From: Octopus bimaculoides
Lineage: Eukaryota
Length of the DNA: 48,442 nt
Direction of reading: 5' to 3'
Assembly (NCBI RefSeq): GCF_001194135.2
Contig: NC_068990.1
Coordinates: 15,453,454 to 15,501,895, forward strand
Part shown: positions 25,244 to 38,532 of the stretch, piece after piece
Numbering within the stretch: position 1 is the stretch's first letter
Layout of the letters: each line of letters starts with the position of its first letter
Program-made: the position numbers and the translations under genes
The notes under the pieces: model-generated
The model's input: the letters and a program-made list of their open reading frames with translations, nothing else
What the model was told of the DNA's origin: nothing
Databases searched by the model: none

Positions 25244-25557
25244 GTGGAGTCACATGGCCTAGTGGTTAGAGTAGTGGACTCACAGTCGAGGGATCGCGGG
25301 TTCAAATCTCAGACCAGGCGATATGTGTGTTTATGAGTGAAACACCTAAGCTCCACGCAGCTCCGGCAGAAGGTAATGGCGAACTTCTGTTAACTATTTC
25401 ACCACAACTTTCTTTCACTCTTTCCTCCTGCATCTAGCAGTTCACCTGCGATAGACTGGCGTCCTATCCAGGTGGGGAACCTACACACCAATGAAACCGG
25501 GAAACCGGCCCTTATGAGCCAGGCATGGCTCGAGAAGGAACACACAACAACAACAAC
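25244..25557 (+). mobile_element. Full-length tRNA-derived SINE with (CAA)n tail
   Basis: A box TGGCCTAGTGG, B box GGTTCAAATCT; 12-bp TSD ATTCACTGTTCA at 25232-25243 and 25558-25569. Confidence 0.9.
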
Positions 25558-25989
25558 ATTCACTGTTCAACTAGTGACTGTTAAACCAACACATGTTAAA
25601 GTACATGGTTAACCAACATGGTCGAACTAGCACCATCAACTACCCCCTTGACAATTCACTCTGCTCTTATTTATTGTAATTCGTTAGTCCACCTCCAGTC
25701 ACATGGGAATGTTCAGGATTCTAAGCTCATTCTTATTTTATATTCTTCCAATGGATCAACATTTTTTGAGATTACTTTAAAAGTAGATATTGTCATCATC
25801 TCCACCCCACCCCCACACACACACCATTATTATCACTACCATCATCAACATCATCACAATCAGTTTATGTCTGATTTCCATGGTGATATTCGTTGACTGT
25901 CATTGACTGGACAGGATAGTGAAAGAATATTTTACCCCTGATGAATAAGTTTTCTATTTAGACAGTTAAATAGTAAGATTATTAAAATA

Positions 25990-26190
25990 ATCTTTATCTT
26001 CTATCTTTCACTTGTGGCCATGCTGGGGCACCGACTTGAAGAAATTTTAGTCAAATGAATTTGAGCCCAGTGCTTATTTTTTATAATGAAACCTGGTACT
26101 TATTCCATTAGTTTATTTTGCTGAACTGCTAAGTTACAGGGACATAAACACACCAACACCGGTTGTCAAGCAATAGTAGGGGACAAACAC
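25990..26190 (-). mobile_element. CORE-like SINE 3' half
   Basis: Homologous to 24780-24970. Confidence 0.75.
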
Positions 26191-26200
26191 TGGTTACTCA

Positions 26201-26437
26201 AAGGTAGTGAGTGGGCAGAATCATTGGCATGCTGGGTAAAAAGCTGCTAAGCATTTTGTCCATCTTCACATTCTGAATTCAAATTCCAACAACGTTGACT
26301 TAGCCTTTCATCCTTTCAGGCTCAATAAAAAAAGCACCAGTTGAGCAATAAAATAAAGCACAGTTGCCTGTGGTCAATGTAATCAACTAGCCCCCTCCCT
26401 CAAATTTTCAGGATTTGTGCCTATAATAGAAAGGATT
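26201..26437 (+). mobile_element. tRNA-derived SINE (AAGGT(G/A)GTGAG family)
   Basis: Homologous to 39341-39548; ends GTGCCTATAATAGAAAGGATT. Confidence 0.75.
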
Positions 26438-26714
26438 TATATGGTTACTCACCTGCTAGAAGTAGCTGTCAAATTTCACTTAAATTACACCTTACCAATG
26501 TAAAAATACAAGGAAGGGCACATTGAATAAGGACAGTCATAGCTGCTCTATTTGTAAATAATCGACAGGATATAAACACTTTCGATACTAATCCTTTTGG
26601 GGCCACTCCTGGTTCTATAATACAAATTTCTTGTTTTAAAATGATCGAATTTAAAATCTTCCACCAAAAATTTTATGTTAATTTGTGATGAATAATAAGG
26701 GCAAAGTTATTTTA

Positions 26715-27058
26715 GATGTACTTGCATAGCAAGTGAGCTGATCTGAGATCGTGTGCTGGAATGAAAACAATTGCAGCGTGGAAGGTGTTTATAAGCCATT
26801 TAAAATAACACACAAGAACCGTTAGATCCACTTCAACATTTAAATTTAATTTGTCAAAATATTTTCATCGCTTTGAGACCGCGACCTGTTCACTGACAAA
26901 ATTCAAAATTTTGGATGCAGCACAGAATTTTGTCAGTGAACAGGTCGCGGTCTCAAAGCGACGAAAATATTTTGACAAATTAAATTTAAATGTTGAAGTG
27001 GATCTAACGGTTCTTGTGTGTTATTTTAAATGGCTTATAAACACCTTCCACGCTGCAA
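26715..27058 (-). mobile_element. Fold-back retroelement-like insertion (probable Penelope-like terminal repeat plus inverted partial copy)
   Basis: Arms 26771-26904 and 26925-27058 (134 bp, 1 mismatch), 20-nt loop; extra unpaired tail 26715-26770; direct repeat GCAAAGTTATTTTA at 26701-26714 and 27055-27068. Confidence 0.85.
26929..26979 (+). ncRNA. Candidate minimal type I hammerhead ribozyme, G3:C8 core variant (mirror copy on the minus strand in the left arm)
   Basis: UUUGUCA-GUGAACA-G-GUCGC-ggucucaaa-GCGAC-GAAA-AUAU-U-U-UGACAAA: 7-bp stem I, 5-bp stem II, palindromic AAUAUU stem III; folded by eye, activity untested. Confidence 0.5.
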
Positions 27059-27446
27059 AGTTATTTTAATAAATTCGTTATTATTTCCAAAATTAATAGA
27101 AACAATGGATGTTTATTTCAACAGAAATATAACAAAATGATCAAATATCTTTGATCAGAAATGTACTTCGGGGTAGATCTGGAGCTAAATGACACCAACA
27201 ATAAAAATAAGAAAAAACAAAGCAAAAAAAATCATACCTATGTTGTTTTCATATTTGTTCTGAAGCAGCACTGGTCTACAAATGTTTCTGCTTTTATACA
27301 GTGGCCAAACATAAATACTGGGATTTTGTGAAAAGAAAGAATTCAAATATTTGATATAGAAATGTTTGAAATTTGTTACAAGAGTGAGTTTGGCTCCGAG
27401 GTTGAACATAATATCTATTGAAGCATGAGAGTATTGGAATGTCTTT

Positions 27447-27447
27447 A

Positions 27448-27485
<38 letters not shown>

Positions 27486-27498
27486 CACTACTACTACT
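27447..27498. repeat. (CTA)n microsatellite
   Basis: Direct reading. Confidence 0.95.
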
Positions 27499-29147
27499 AT
27501 CTTATCCTATATGTATTGCAATACATTTTTGCTATATACTACAACACACACATACAAAAAAAAAAAGAAAGAGGAGAAAATCGATAAGAATATTACAATA
27601 TCTGAAAGCTGTCATGTCTCAGAAATATCGTATTTGTCTCTATTTTATGTAACTGTTTCCAATAGAGAATACAAAAATGAAGAAATTTCTACATGGTCAT
27701 TTTACATGCTAGAAATAACAGTCAAATATCTCACTTTGATTGCACCCTACTGTTTTAAGAAATATAGAATATTGGATAATGTGATCCTAGATAAACTGTA
27801 TCTAAAAAAAAAAAAGACAGGATAGTCATGGCTGGCATGATTGTTGATCAAGCTAACTGCAATCATCCTGCCTTTATGATTCTTGATCATTGATCTGCTT
27901 GATCAAAGCTGACTTGGAATTAAACAATAATAACAGCAATAATGAAGTGGTCTTTGTTAGGCCACTAAACCTGCTAGAAATATCAGCCAAGTCTCTTTAA
28001 AATTATTTCAATATCAGTGTCATAAAAATGCGAGGACACATCAGATAATGTAGTCTAAGATGCTTCTAAAAAGATGATATGGTCTAGGCCATATTGGGAT
28101 CATAGGTATGCTGACATAGGGCTAAACAATATGGTGGATGTCATGGTTGGTTGGTCTTTGATCATAGATCTGCTGAGTCTTGACTGTTCAGGGGCTAAAC
28201 AATAACAGCAAGAAAGATTTTGTTGCTTGAAAAATACAACTTTAACCTTCAGCATGCTGTAGACACATCATGTTGCCATATGAGTTTTCTCCCTGTAGCC
28301 TGGAGCTACAAGGGAGGTAACTTGTATAGTGCTATGATGCACCTAAGCATGTTAAAAGTTAATTCATTCCAACTTGACAAAGCTTTTTGCTCATATATTA
28401 GAATAACAAATATACCATTTGCTATTGTAATATAAGAGCAACCAGTTCTTAGTAGTCATGAGAAACAGCTGAGTATATGTAGTTGATGAAGTGCAACAAT
28501 ACAGAAATGCATGCATTCTACTGTCTGGTAACATCATTCATGGCCTATTGATGTATCTACATTCATACATTCTATAAGGAGGATTCCTTCTCTTGAGACA
28601 GCTTGTGCAGTGTATTGTCTAGCCATGTCTGATTGTAAATGAAGACTGTACATAACTATAATTCATTCAGCGCAGCTTAGTGTGCCTCTAATTTTTAATT
28701 ACATTTCTTTGATGAAAAAAAGATCACTAATGGTACTTGTGTGGTTATCTGTTTGGTTCAAGCCACTGTTGTTCTAGCTATGGAGTGGAGTTCTGCCACA
28801 TGACAACCAAGGCGTCTGTTTCTAAACATACAAAACTAACTTATAGTCTTCTTTGAATATAACTAATTAGTAGAGCTATTCTGTCAAATTTAATTAACTG
28901 ATTTTTTTCCCCCCATAGCTACATCTTAAAAAGAAAATATTGGTTTGGATTGTCTCACTTTCTTTTTCACTTTCTCATTACAGGGAAAAAATATCAAAAT
29001 AATTAAAAAGGAAATTGAATGCTATTTTTTTTCAATATTTTACTGTAAAGAATTATTTTTAGCGTTATGTTAAAAACTTGATCAAAAGAGATGAAAGGAT
29101 TACCTCCCTTCAACATCAAATAAATAAAAATGCAAAACTTCATTTAA

Positions 29148-29179
<32 letters not shown>

Positions 29180-29517
29180 NNNNNNNNNNNNNNNNNNNNN
29201 NNNNNNNNNNNNNNNNNNNNNNNNNNNNNNNNNNNNNNNNNNNNNNNNNNNNNNNNNNNNNNNNNNNNNNNNNNNNNNNNNNNNNNNNNNNNNNNNNNNN
29301 NNNNNNNNNNNNNNNNNNNNNNNNNNNNNNNNNNNNNNNNNNNNNNNNNNNNNNNNNNNNNNNNNNNNNNNNNNNNNNNNNNNNNNNNNNNNNNNNNNNN
29401 NNNNNNNNNNNNNNNNNNNNNNTATATATATATATATATATATACTTACATATGTGTATGGATGTGTTAACACATCCAGAGAATCTGGCAACATAATTTT
29501 TGCATGCTTTAAAATAT

Positions 29518-29519
<2 letters not shown>

Positions 29520-29573
<54 letters not shown>

Positions 29574-29592
29574 GTTATTATTATTGTTGTTG
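29520..29592. repeat. (TTA)n/(TTG)n microsatellite
   Basis: Direct reading. Confidence 0.95.
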
Positions 29593-30979
29593 TTTTTCCT
29601 GACTGTTGATCACATCAATGTGAATTCTGCATGGTTTCTTCAGTTTCATTTTCATATATTATTTAACTTTAATCTGGTGATATTGACAGTGTTAAGATTC
29701 TTCTTATGGATGAATAGTTTTGATATAAAATCATAAGTGTTGGACCACATATTCCTTTATCCTACAAGATCTATATTACTGATAAGATTTTGTTATTTAT
29801 TTCATATAGATATATTTAGGTGTGTGTGTGAGTTCAGTGGCATAACTAGAGTGTGTTTCACATGGGGTAGCCCCTGAGTTTTCTGTCCTTTGTCCCCTCC
29901 ATGTATTTCAATGCAACTTATACAGGTTTATACAGCAGACCCCAAATCACCCCTTCAGTAGCAGCATTGCTTGGGACAAACTGATACCACTTCCGATCCT
30001 AGATATGCTGCTATTAACTTTGGTTGCAATTTTGTATATATATAAAACAACGACAGAAAGTGAATCTTTGGTGGGCTTAACAATAAGCCTTTTAACCTAA
30101 TTTATGGTTGGCTTCTTAAATGTGTTTTTAATGTTATGTGTTATGCTTGAAACTGTTATGTTTAGTACAAGAAATATTTTCTTAATTTTTAGTTGCTCCA
30201 TTCCATATAAATCTGATTAAGAAATGTGAAGTTATATTCTCAACAAATTTCTTTTGTAAATCCAGCTATATAAATATTTTCGAATATTTCTAAACAATAA
30301 AATAAATAAATCTGTCATTTTAATACACTTCCAAAGATATTAAGTTGTGATCTATGATTCATCTAGTAGCTATGCATAAATCAGTATTGAATATTGGTTC
30401 TGGATATGATAAGCTATAGAAATAAAGGTTATGTAAAATCTGAAGAAGAGATTAGTTATGTTTTGGAAAGAGTCAATTCAATATAAGATGTTTAAAGTCA
30501 TATAAGATTATACATGTTTGTGTGTCACAAGGAAAAGGTAAAATCTAAGTCTGTGGGATTCTACCTGTCATCAGAATTCTTCTCCTGAGGTTCTTTCATA
30601 ATGTAAAGCACTGGCTAAAATGGTGGAATTTCCTTCCCGTCATGGTGCATAACGTATATTATTATTATTATTATTATTATTCCTCTTTATATTTTATTAT
30701 GACAGCCCACCTGAAATATATATGTGTATATATGTGTGTGTGTATGCATACACACGTGCACACAGATGTCTGGGCATATATTCCATATTTGATGACATAT
30801 ATGATGCACATTTTTTTTTTCAAAAATGTCTCAGAAGTCAATCCAGGTCTTTTATGTAAAGTTGGGCCTATATTACAAGCTTTAATGCACTAAAACCATG
30901 TGTGTGTGTGTATACATATGTATTTTTTTCTTTTTTTATAGTTTCAGCTGAGAGCTGCGGCCATGCTCATGCATCGCCG

Positions 30980-31470
30980 TTATATATGTATATGTACGTG
31001 CACACACACACACACACACACATACACACATACAAATATATATATATTTATGTATATGTTGATGTATATATGTATGTGCATATATATACATTATATATAT
31101 ATATATATACATATATGTGTGTGTATATATATATACATATATATATATATAAATACATATATATATACATATGTATATACATATATATGCATATATATAT
31201 ATACATATATATATATATACATAATATACATGNNNNNNNNNNNNNNNNNNNNNNNNNNNNNNNNNNNNNNNNNNNNNNNNNNNNNNNNNNNNNNNNNNNN
31301 NNNNNNNNNNNNNNNNNNNNNNNNNNNNNNNNNNNNNNNNNNNNNNNNNNNNNNNNNNNNNNNNNNNNNNNNNNNNNNNNNNNNNNNNNNNNNNNNNNNN
31401 NNNNNNNNNNNNNNNNNNNNNNNNNNNNNNNNNNNNNNNNNNNNNNNNNNNNNNNNNNNNNNNNNNATAT
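30980..31470. repeat. (CA)/(TA) compound microsatellite with gap
   Basis: Direct reading. Confidence 0.9.
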
Positions 31471-31974
31471 ATGTTACTATTATTGGTCTTTTGTTAACAA
31501 ACTGTAGAAATAGATATGCTGCATTCGTTTCTGCAAACTGTCGACTGGAACATGATATGACTACATTACAGAAGTCATAGAAACTGATAAAGCTGTAGTA
31601 TGTGGTTTATTTATTCATCTCATACTTTTTGTTTGTTTTTTTTTCTTCTTGCCCATTTATCATCAGTAGCAGCAGCAGCAACAGCAGCATAATTATCTTG
31701 AAGGTAAATTAACAATCGACTGGTCTGTTCATGAAGAATGGCATGAGATAATTACCTTGAATAAAAATTTTTAAAACATTAGGAAAAAAAAGAAAAACAG
31801 TAGAAGATAAGGATGTTATCTGTTTTTTTCCAGATAGCTATTCAGTATTCAACTGTTTTGTATTTACCTAGAAGAGTATCTAGGCTTTGAGCTTTAGACA
31901 AACATTTGGTTTCTGACTGGTAGTGGAGCTTAGTGCTTGAGTGTTTATTATTTTCAAATTAAAGAAAGAAGTTA

Positions 31975-31979
31975 TATGC

Positions 31980-32017
<38 letters not shown>

Positions 32018-32342
32018 GTATATATATATATGTATGTATGTATGTATATGTATGTATGTATATATATCTATGTATGTATATATATGTATGTATGTATGTA
32101 TATATATGTATGTATGTATGTATATATATATATATGTATGTATATATATATATATATGTATGTGTGTATATATATGTNNNNNNNNNNNNNNNNNNNNNNN
32201 NNNNNNNNNNNNNNNNNNNNNNNNNNNNNNNNNNNNNNNNNNNNNNNNNNNNATATATATATATATATCAAAAAGACTTCTTATATATATATATATATAT
32301 ATATATATAGATAGATAGATAGATATAGATGTGTGTGTGTTA
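31975..32342. repeat. (TA)/(TATG) compound microsatellite with gap
   Basis: Direct reading. Confidence 0.9.
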
Positions 32343-34439
32343 TGTACTATGTGGTTCCAAGTGGTCTAAAATTGGTAAAATATGAATTTGACTACAATAT
32401 TTTTCATTAACATTGGTGAACATATTGCATTATATTTGATTTGGCCATTTCATCTTCTGTTGATTGCATTGTGTAGTGCATTTCTGATGTTATAATTATC
32501 TCTAAAGTTCTTCAATGCTAACACAATAAATTTTCTGAATGGCTTTTGTCCGATTCACAGAATTAAAGCTATTGTTAGCAATCCCCACCCAATTTAGTTC
32601 TAGTTAATTGAACCCATAACATAAAAATAGACTATAAAATGTTTGAGCATTGCCTCACAACCACCACCATTTTAAATCTTGGAAATGTTTTCTTTTTGTT
32701 TTTTGTTGTTTTTCACACAATTATTAGATTAGACTTGATAGCATGACTATATATTATTCACTTAACGGCAAGAAGAGAAGCTCTCAAATTTAAACAATGC
32801 CGCTGGTTGCATTGTACAACCAGAAATATAATTTTCTATCATGTTTTTTTAATTTTTTATTGTATTGATTATATCATAATATTTAAATGGTTCCTTGTAA
32901 TGAATGTCTACATATTGATGTAAAAACTAGTACCATGTCTTGTTTAGTTGAGTAATGTGTACAAATATAAAGTTTTATAAACTGAATCAGAGTTCTTAAT
33001 GCTTGTTTTCTATAATAATTAAACCATGGATGTTTAAAAATCTTAGTGTCATTCAGTTTATTCTGCTTTGATGAAATTTAGATAAAATATTTATTTTTGA
33101 CTTAAAAAGAAAAAAAGATATAACATTTCATCTGTATTCCTTAGTATTGCCAAGATGTGAACATTAATTTGCAATATTTATGAACAATTATCAAAATGCA
33201 ACTGCTTGTAGTTCTAAAATAAGTTTCTGTCAGTTCTTATATAATTGTTAGTAACTTCCTGTAGCATATTTGTGGAGAGAGTTGACTCAGACATGTCCAG
33301 ATCAATACTAATTAAAATTTATAAATTGTATTATCATCCTATTTTGAACAATAAGATTTCAGATTGATTTTGTAATTCTGTGGAGAAAAAAAAAAGTTAT
33401 CTATATAATGTTTTGTGACAAATTTTAATTCATGATTGTAAAACTTTTTCAATGCACTGATATTATTTTTTGAAATATTTATTCTTGTTTTGTTTTTCAT
33501 TGAGATGCAAAAAGTATTTTTTAGTCAATGATGGAAGGAAGTTAATTAAAATGGAAAAGAAGAAAAAATATAATAATAAAATACTTTTACATCACTATGG
33601 AGAGTCTTGGTGATCTCAGAGTTCAGTTGTGGTAACAAAATGTTACATAATCCAATACAACACCAAAGAAAGATTCACCTTTATGTAATAATTCAAGAAC
33701 GGATACACCAGGGTGGTTTGTTGTTCTTATTTCAGAGTGGCAGAAGCAGGATTAAAGCCAATCACTGCCAGCTAATTAAGCACTCGTTAGTTATGCAGTG
33801 CCTCTTCACTTAACAGCAGTGAACTGTACTTCATCATGGTACCTATCTTTAGCTATATAAGTTGGGCCTTTAAGAATTAAGGAAGTTTTTCACACAGTAA
33901 TGCTGATGATGGCATATTATTCCTAACTTTTCAATTCTTTAAATCAGTCCACCAGAATCTGGCCTGCAAGAACTTTTAAGATACAGAACAGTTATAATAG
34001 AGCCTATATGCTCAGACCTACTGTAAAAGATTGCATCGTGATCCCCAGACGAGGCATATTACTCTACATGCCCTTATTCTCTTCAATAGGAAATGGTAAA
34101 TTATTCTCTATTTGAAAAATTGATTAAAAGCCTTAGAATTCACTTATATCACAGTCCTGCCAATAACAGAGGATAATGTACTGGAGGTCTTTCTTATGCT
34201 AAATTAGACCTTATGGTGTAAAAAAACAGTTTCTTGTTACTGTCAGAGCATTATGAACTAGAAATGTCAACCTTCCCAATTACTCAATTAACAAACTTGT
34301 CTAATTATTATTGTAATCTAGTGCCATTTACTTATGCCAATATTGATATTTTCATAACCAACCATTGTATGCTAGCATGAAAGAAACAAAAACATGTTAA
34401 AATGTTTCTTTATTCACACAATATATATATATATATACA

Positions 34440-34494
<55 letters not shown>

Positions 34495-35596
34495 AAACTT
34501 ATATGTCATATATATATTTATATATATACACACACACACACAACCCATATATATATATACATACATATATACATATACATATATTTATTTTGGTTTTTAC
34601 CCACATTATATTTTAAGCCTTATATTTGAAAACGACAACACATTTGTCCCTCTCTCCAGTCAGGGAGAGCCTGAAATGCACTGCACTGCTCCTGATCTTC
34701 AGACTGATTGGTTAATGTAATTAAAGTTGATATTAACCATTTTTAATTTATTTCGGTCCATTTAAATTCAACTATAACCTTGTGAATGAGCTATTGTAAT
34801 ATAATGTTTTATTATATATATATGTAATATAATATATATATTTTTAAATTATTCTGTTTTAATAAATTTCATTCTATTGCTTTTTGAAATGATCAATGTG
34901 TTTTATTCAGAATCTTTTTTACTTTTGTAATATTTTTCTTTATTTTTTTCCATTTATTTTTCTTCTTCTTCTTACTCTGTATTTTCAATCATAGAAATGT
35001 TTTATTCAAAGTCATTTTAAAATTATCACACGGAATGTTATGATTAAATAATGAAGAGCAAGATTTATTGAGCTGTCATAATTATTATTATCCAACAATT
35101 GACTGACAATTTAAAAAAGATCCGAAAGAACTAAAAACTCCTAAACTAAGAACTTCAATTATAAAAAAATTTTAAAAACTGAGTACAAAATACATTGTGC
35201 ATATATAATATCTCTTTGTTTCTTTTCTGTTTGAGCAAAACATCCAATATCATTTGTTGTAAATATAATAAAGTTTGATAAGATGAAGTTGTGAAATAAA
35301 CAAACCTGTGAACTGGCAAAGACCAAAGAAACTGTAGTTGTATGGATTTATATATATATATTTTGCCTCACGTTTCTTTCTTTTTTTCTCTTTTATTATA
35401 TGAATGGTTTTCAAAATGAAATTTTGTATAACTTGTTTATGTTGAGAATAATTCTCCAGTTATTATATAATTTAAAGATTTTTTTTTCTTTTTTAAGTGT
35501 CATTAAATGTTGCATAGAAGCATTTCCCTTACATATGCATTTATATTGTAAATGTCTGTTTATGTGTGTGTGTATACAGGATGTGCATATATATAT

Positions 35597-36449
35597 CATC
35601 ATCATCATCATCATCATCATTGTTTAACGTCCGCTTTCCATGCTAGCATGGGTTGGACGATTTGACTGAGGACTGGTGAAACCGGATGGCAACACCAGGC
35701 TCCAGTCCGATTTGGCAGAGTTTCTACAGCTGGATGCCCTTCCTAACGCCAACCACTCAGAGAGTGTAGTGGGTGCTTTTACGTGTCACCCGCACGAAAA
35801 CGGCCACGCTCGAAATGGTGTCTTTTATGTGCCNNNNNNNNNNNNNNNNNNNNNNNNNNNNNNNNNNNNNNNNNNNNNNNNNNNNNNNNNNNNNNNNNNN
35901 NNNNNNNNNNNNNNNNNNNNNNNNNNNNNNNNNNNNNNNNNNNNNNNNNNNNNNNNNNNNNNNNNNNNNNNNNNNNNNNNNNNNNNNNNNNNNNNNNNNN
36001 NNNNNNNNNNNNNNNNNNNNNNNNNNNNNNNNNNNNNNNNNNNNNNNNNNNNNNNNNNNNNNNNNNNNNNNNNNNNNNNNNNNNNNNNNNNNNNNNNNNN
36101 NNNNNNNNNNNNNNNNNNNNNNNNNNNNNNNNNNNNNNNNNNNNNNNNNNNNNNNNNNNNNNNNNNNNNNNNNNNNNNNNNNNNCATTCCTTGCGAGCTT
36201 ACGTATGTCCTCAGCAGTTACAGCCCATGTTTCACTGCCATGTAGCATGGTTGTTCGTACGCATGCGTCATACAGTCTGCCTTTTACTCTGAGTGAGAGT
36301 CCCTTTGTCGCCAGCAGGGGTAAGAGCTCTCTAAACTTTGCCCAGGCTATTCTTATTCTAGCAGCTACACTTTCAGCGCACCCACCCCCACTACTAACTT
36401 GGTCGCCCAGATAGCGGAAGCTATCGACTACCTCTAGTTTTTCACCCTG
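35597..36449 (-). mobile_element. 5'-truncated young RTE-clade LINE (RT C-terminal region, gap, 3' UTR, (GAT)n tail)
   Basis: Uninterrupted QGEKLEVVDSFRYLGDQVSSGGGCAESVAARIRIAWAKFRELLPLLATKGLSLRVKGRLYDACVRTTMLHGSETWAVTAEDIRKLARN. Confidence 0.93.
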
Positions 36450-36720
36450 GAATGAGATAGAAGTTGTTTCCTGTTTGTTTGCAGTCTTTATTGCACCTGA
36501 ACATCTGCCACAAACAAAAACTAACTTGCTAGTTAACCTGCCTTTGATGTTGCTGCACCTCTTATGTGTCCATATACATATATGTATGTATGTACATATA
36601 TATGTATATGTTTAGGGCATAAGAATTTAGAAGTTTTGAGTGATATGAAATAAATTGTTTTTAATAATAGAACTTGAAGTAGATAAAACTTTGAACAATA
36701 GCATGTAGAATATTGGGCTA

Positions 36721-37000
36721 AAAATCCCTTGGATGGGGAAAAAAAGTCAAAAGCTGCTTGTGGGACTCAAGCCCACATCTTCTGTAAGCATGCCAAATGT
36801 TCTACCAGATGTTCTATCAGATGTTCTAAATTTTTATGTTGAAAATAAAATACTATTCTTGCTGGTAAGATCAATACTTCTAATATGGAGAAAATTTGGA
36901 CTGTTACTTTGGTATAATGATAGAATGCTTTCATGTTTACAGAAGATGTGAGTTCAAGTCTCACAGGTAGCTTTTAACTTTTTCCATCCAAAGGACTTTT
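36721..37000. mobile_element. Fold-back element whose inverted arms are tRNA-like Pol III units
   Basis: Arms 36721-36810 and about 36915-37000; A-box-like TGGTATAATGATAG at 36910, B box GTTCAAGTC at 36952, followed by T4/T5 runs. Confidence 0.7.
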
Positions 37001-37061
37001 GAAACACATCAGTCTACATGCTATTATAACTTTATTTACTTCAAGTTCACTGTGAAAGCCA

Positions 37062-37093
<32 letters not shown>

Positions 37094-37434
37094 NNNNNNN
37101 NNNNNNNNNNNNNNNNNNNNNNNNNNNNNNNNNNNNNNNNNNNNNNNNNNNNNNNNNNNNNNNNNNNNNNNNNNNNNNNNNNNNNNNNNNNNNNNNNNNN
37201 NNNNNNNNNNNNNNNNNNNNNNNNNNNNNNNNNNNNNNNNNNNNNNNNNNNNNNNNNNNNNNNNNNNNNNNNNNNNNNNNNNNNNNNNNNNNNNNNNNNN
37301 NNNNNNNNNNNNNNNNNNNNNNNNNNNNNNNNNNNNNNNNNNNNNNNNNNNNNNNNNNNNNNNNNNNNNNNNNNNNNNNNNNNNNNNNNNNNNNNNNNNN
37401 NNNNNNNNNNNNNNNNNNNNNNNNNNNNNNNNNN

Positions 37435-37545
<111 letters not shown>

Positions 37546-37940
37546 CAAATTTCACTGATGTTTTTGTGGGCTGGGAATTGATAATTCAAGTTTTAGGATA
37601 AACAGAATTAAAGTATTGCATTACTAAACAGAGATACAGAAACTTGTAACATAATGGTTACTAATGGCTAAACTGTGATAATATCATAGCTTAAATACTT
37701 AGTGATCAAACTTCAAGGGACAGATTGCTATAAAACGTGTCCAAAGGAAAATTATTTGATTAGAATTTTGAAGAATTTGTATGAAACCAGACTTAGTATT
37801 GTATAATTTATTGCCAAATTATTTAAGGAAATGCACTCCCATATATTCTAATTAATTTTTAAATAATCATATAGATGAATTTAATAAAATAATACATTCA
37901 TACCATTATTCAGCTGGTGTTTGAAAGATAACCATTTGCC

Positions 37941-38458
37941 ATTTACTTGTTTCAGTTATTAAACTGTGGCCATGCTGAAGCACTGCCTTGCAGGATTTAG
38001 TCAAACAGATTGACCCTGGAACTATTTCTTTTTAAGTCTGGTACTTACTCTAACAGTTTATATTGCTGAACTGCTGTGCTATTGGTATGTAAAGAAGCCA
38101 ACACTAGTTGTCAAGCTAGTGGGGGACAAACACAAAAAAATACACTCACATGCATGCATGCATACACACACACACACACACGTACACACATAGACAAATG
38201 ACCGAAACCTTTGGTAATATGCCGTGCTTGAGAAGAAGACCCAACAAGCCAAGTGAAATCGTAGTCATGGCAAATACTGGTGTCATGTAAACTGGCACTC
38301 ATGCTTGGAGTGGTTGACATTAGGAAGGGCATCCAGCCATAGAAACCCTGCCAAATCAGACTGGGGTCTGGTTCAGCCTATCAGCATACCAGCCCTGGTC
38401 AAACCGTCCAACCCATGCCAGCATGGACAACAGACATTAAATAATGATGATGATGATG

Positions 38459-38532
<74 letters not shown>

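Larger units (their letters stand above)
26573..27145. mobile_element. Degenerate piggyBac-like MITE hosting the palindromic insertion
   Basis: Left end AACACTTTCGATAC; body similar to 7300-7567 once 26715-27068 is removed. Confidence 0.4.

Noticed and set aside
30555-30610. Minus-strand mini-exon candidate PVLYIMKEPQEKNSDD
   Set aside because: Weak acceptor, unrecognised peptide, no other exons.
33947-34095. Open frame between AG and GTAAAT (STRIWPARTFKIQ...)
   Set aside because: No recognisable homology; such frames arise by chance; needs RNA-seq.
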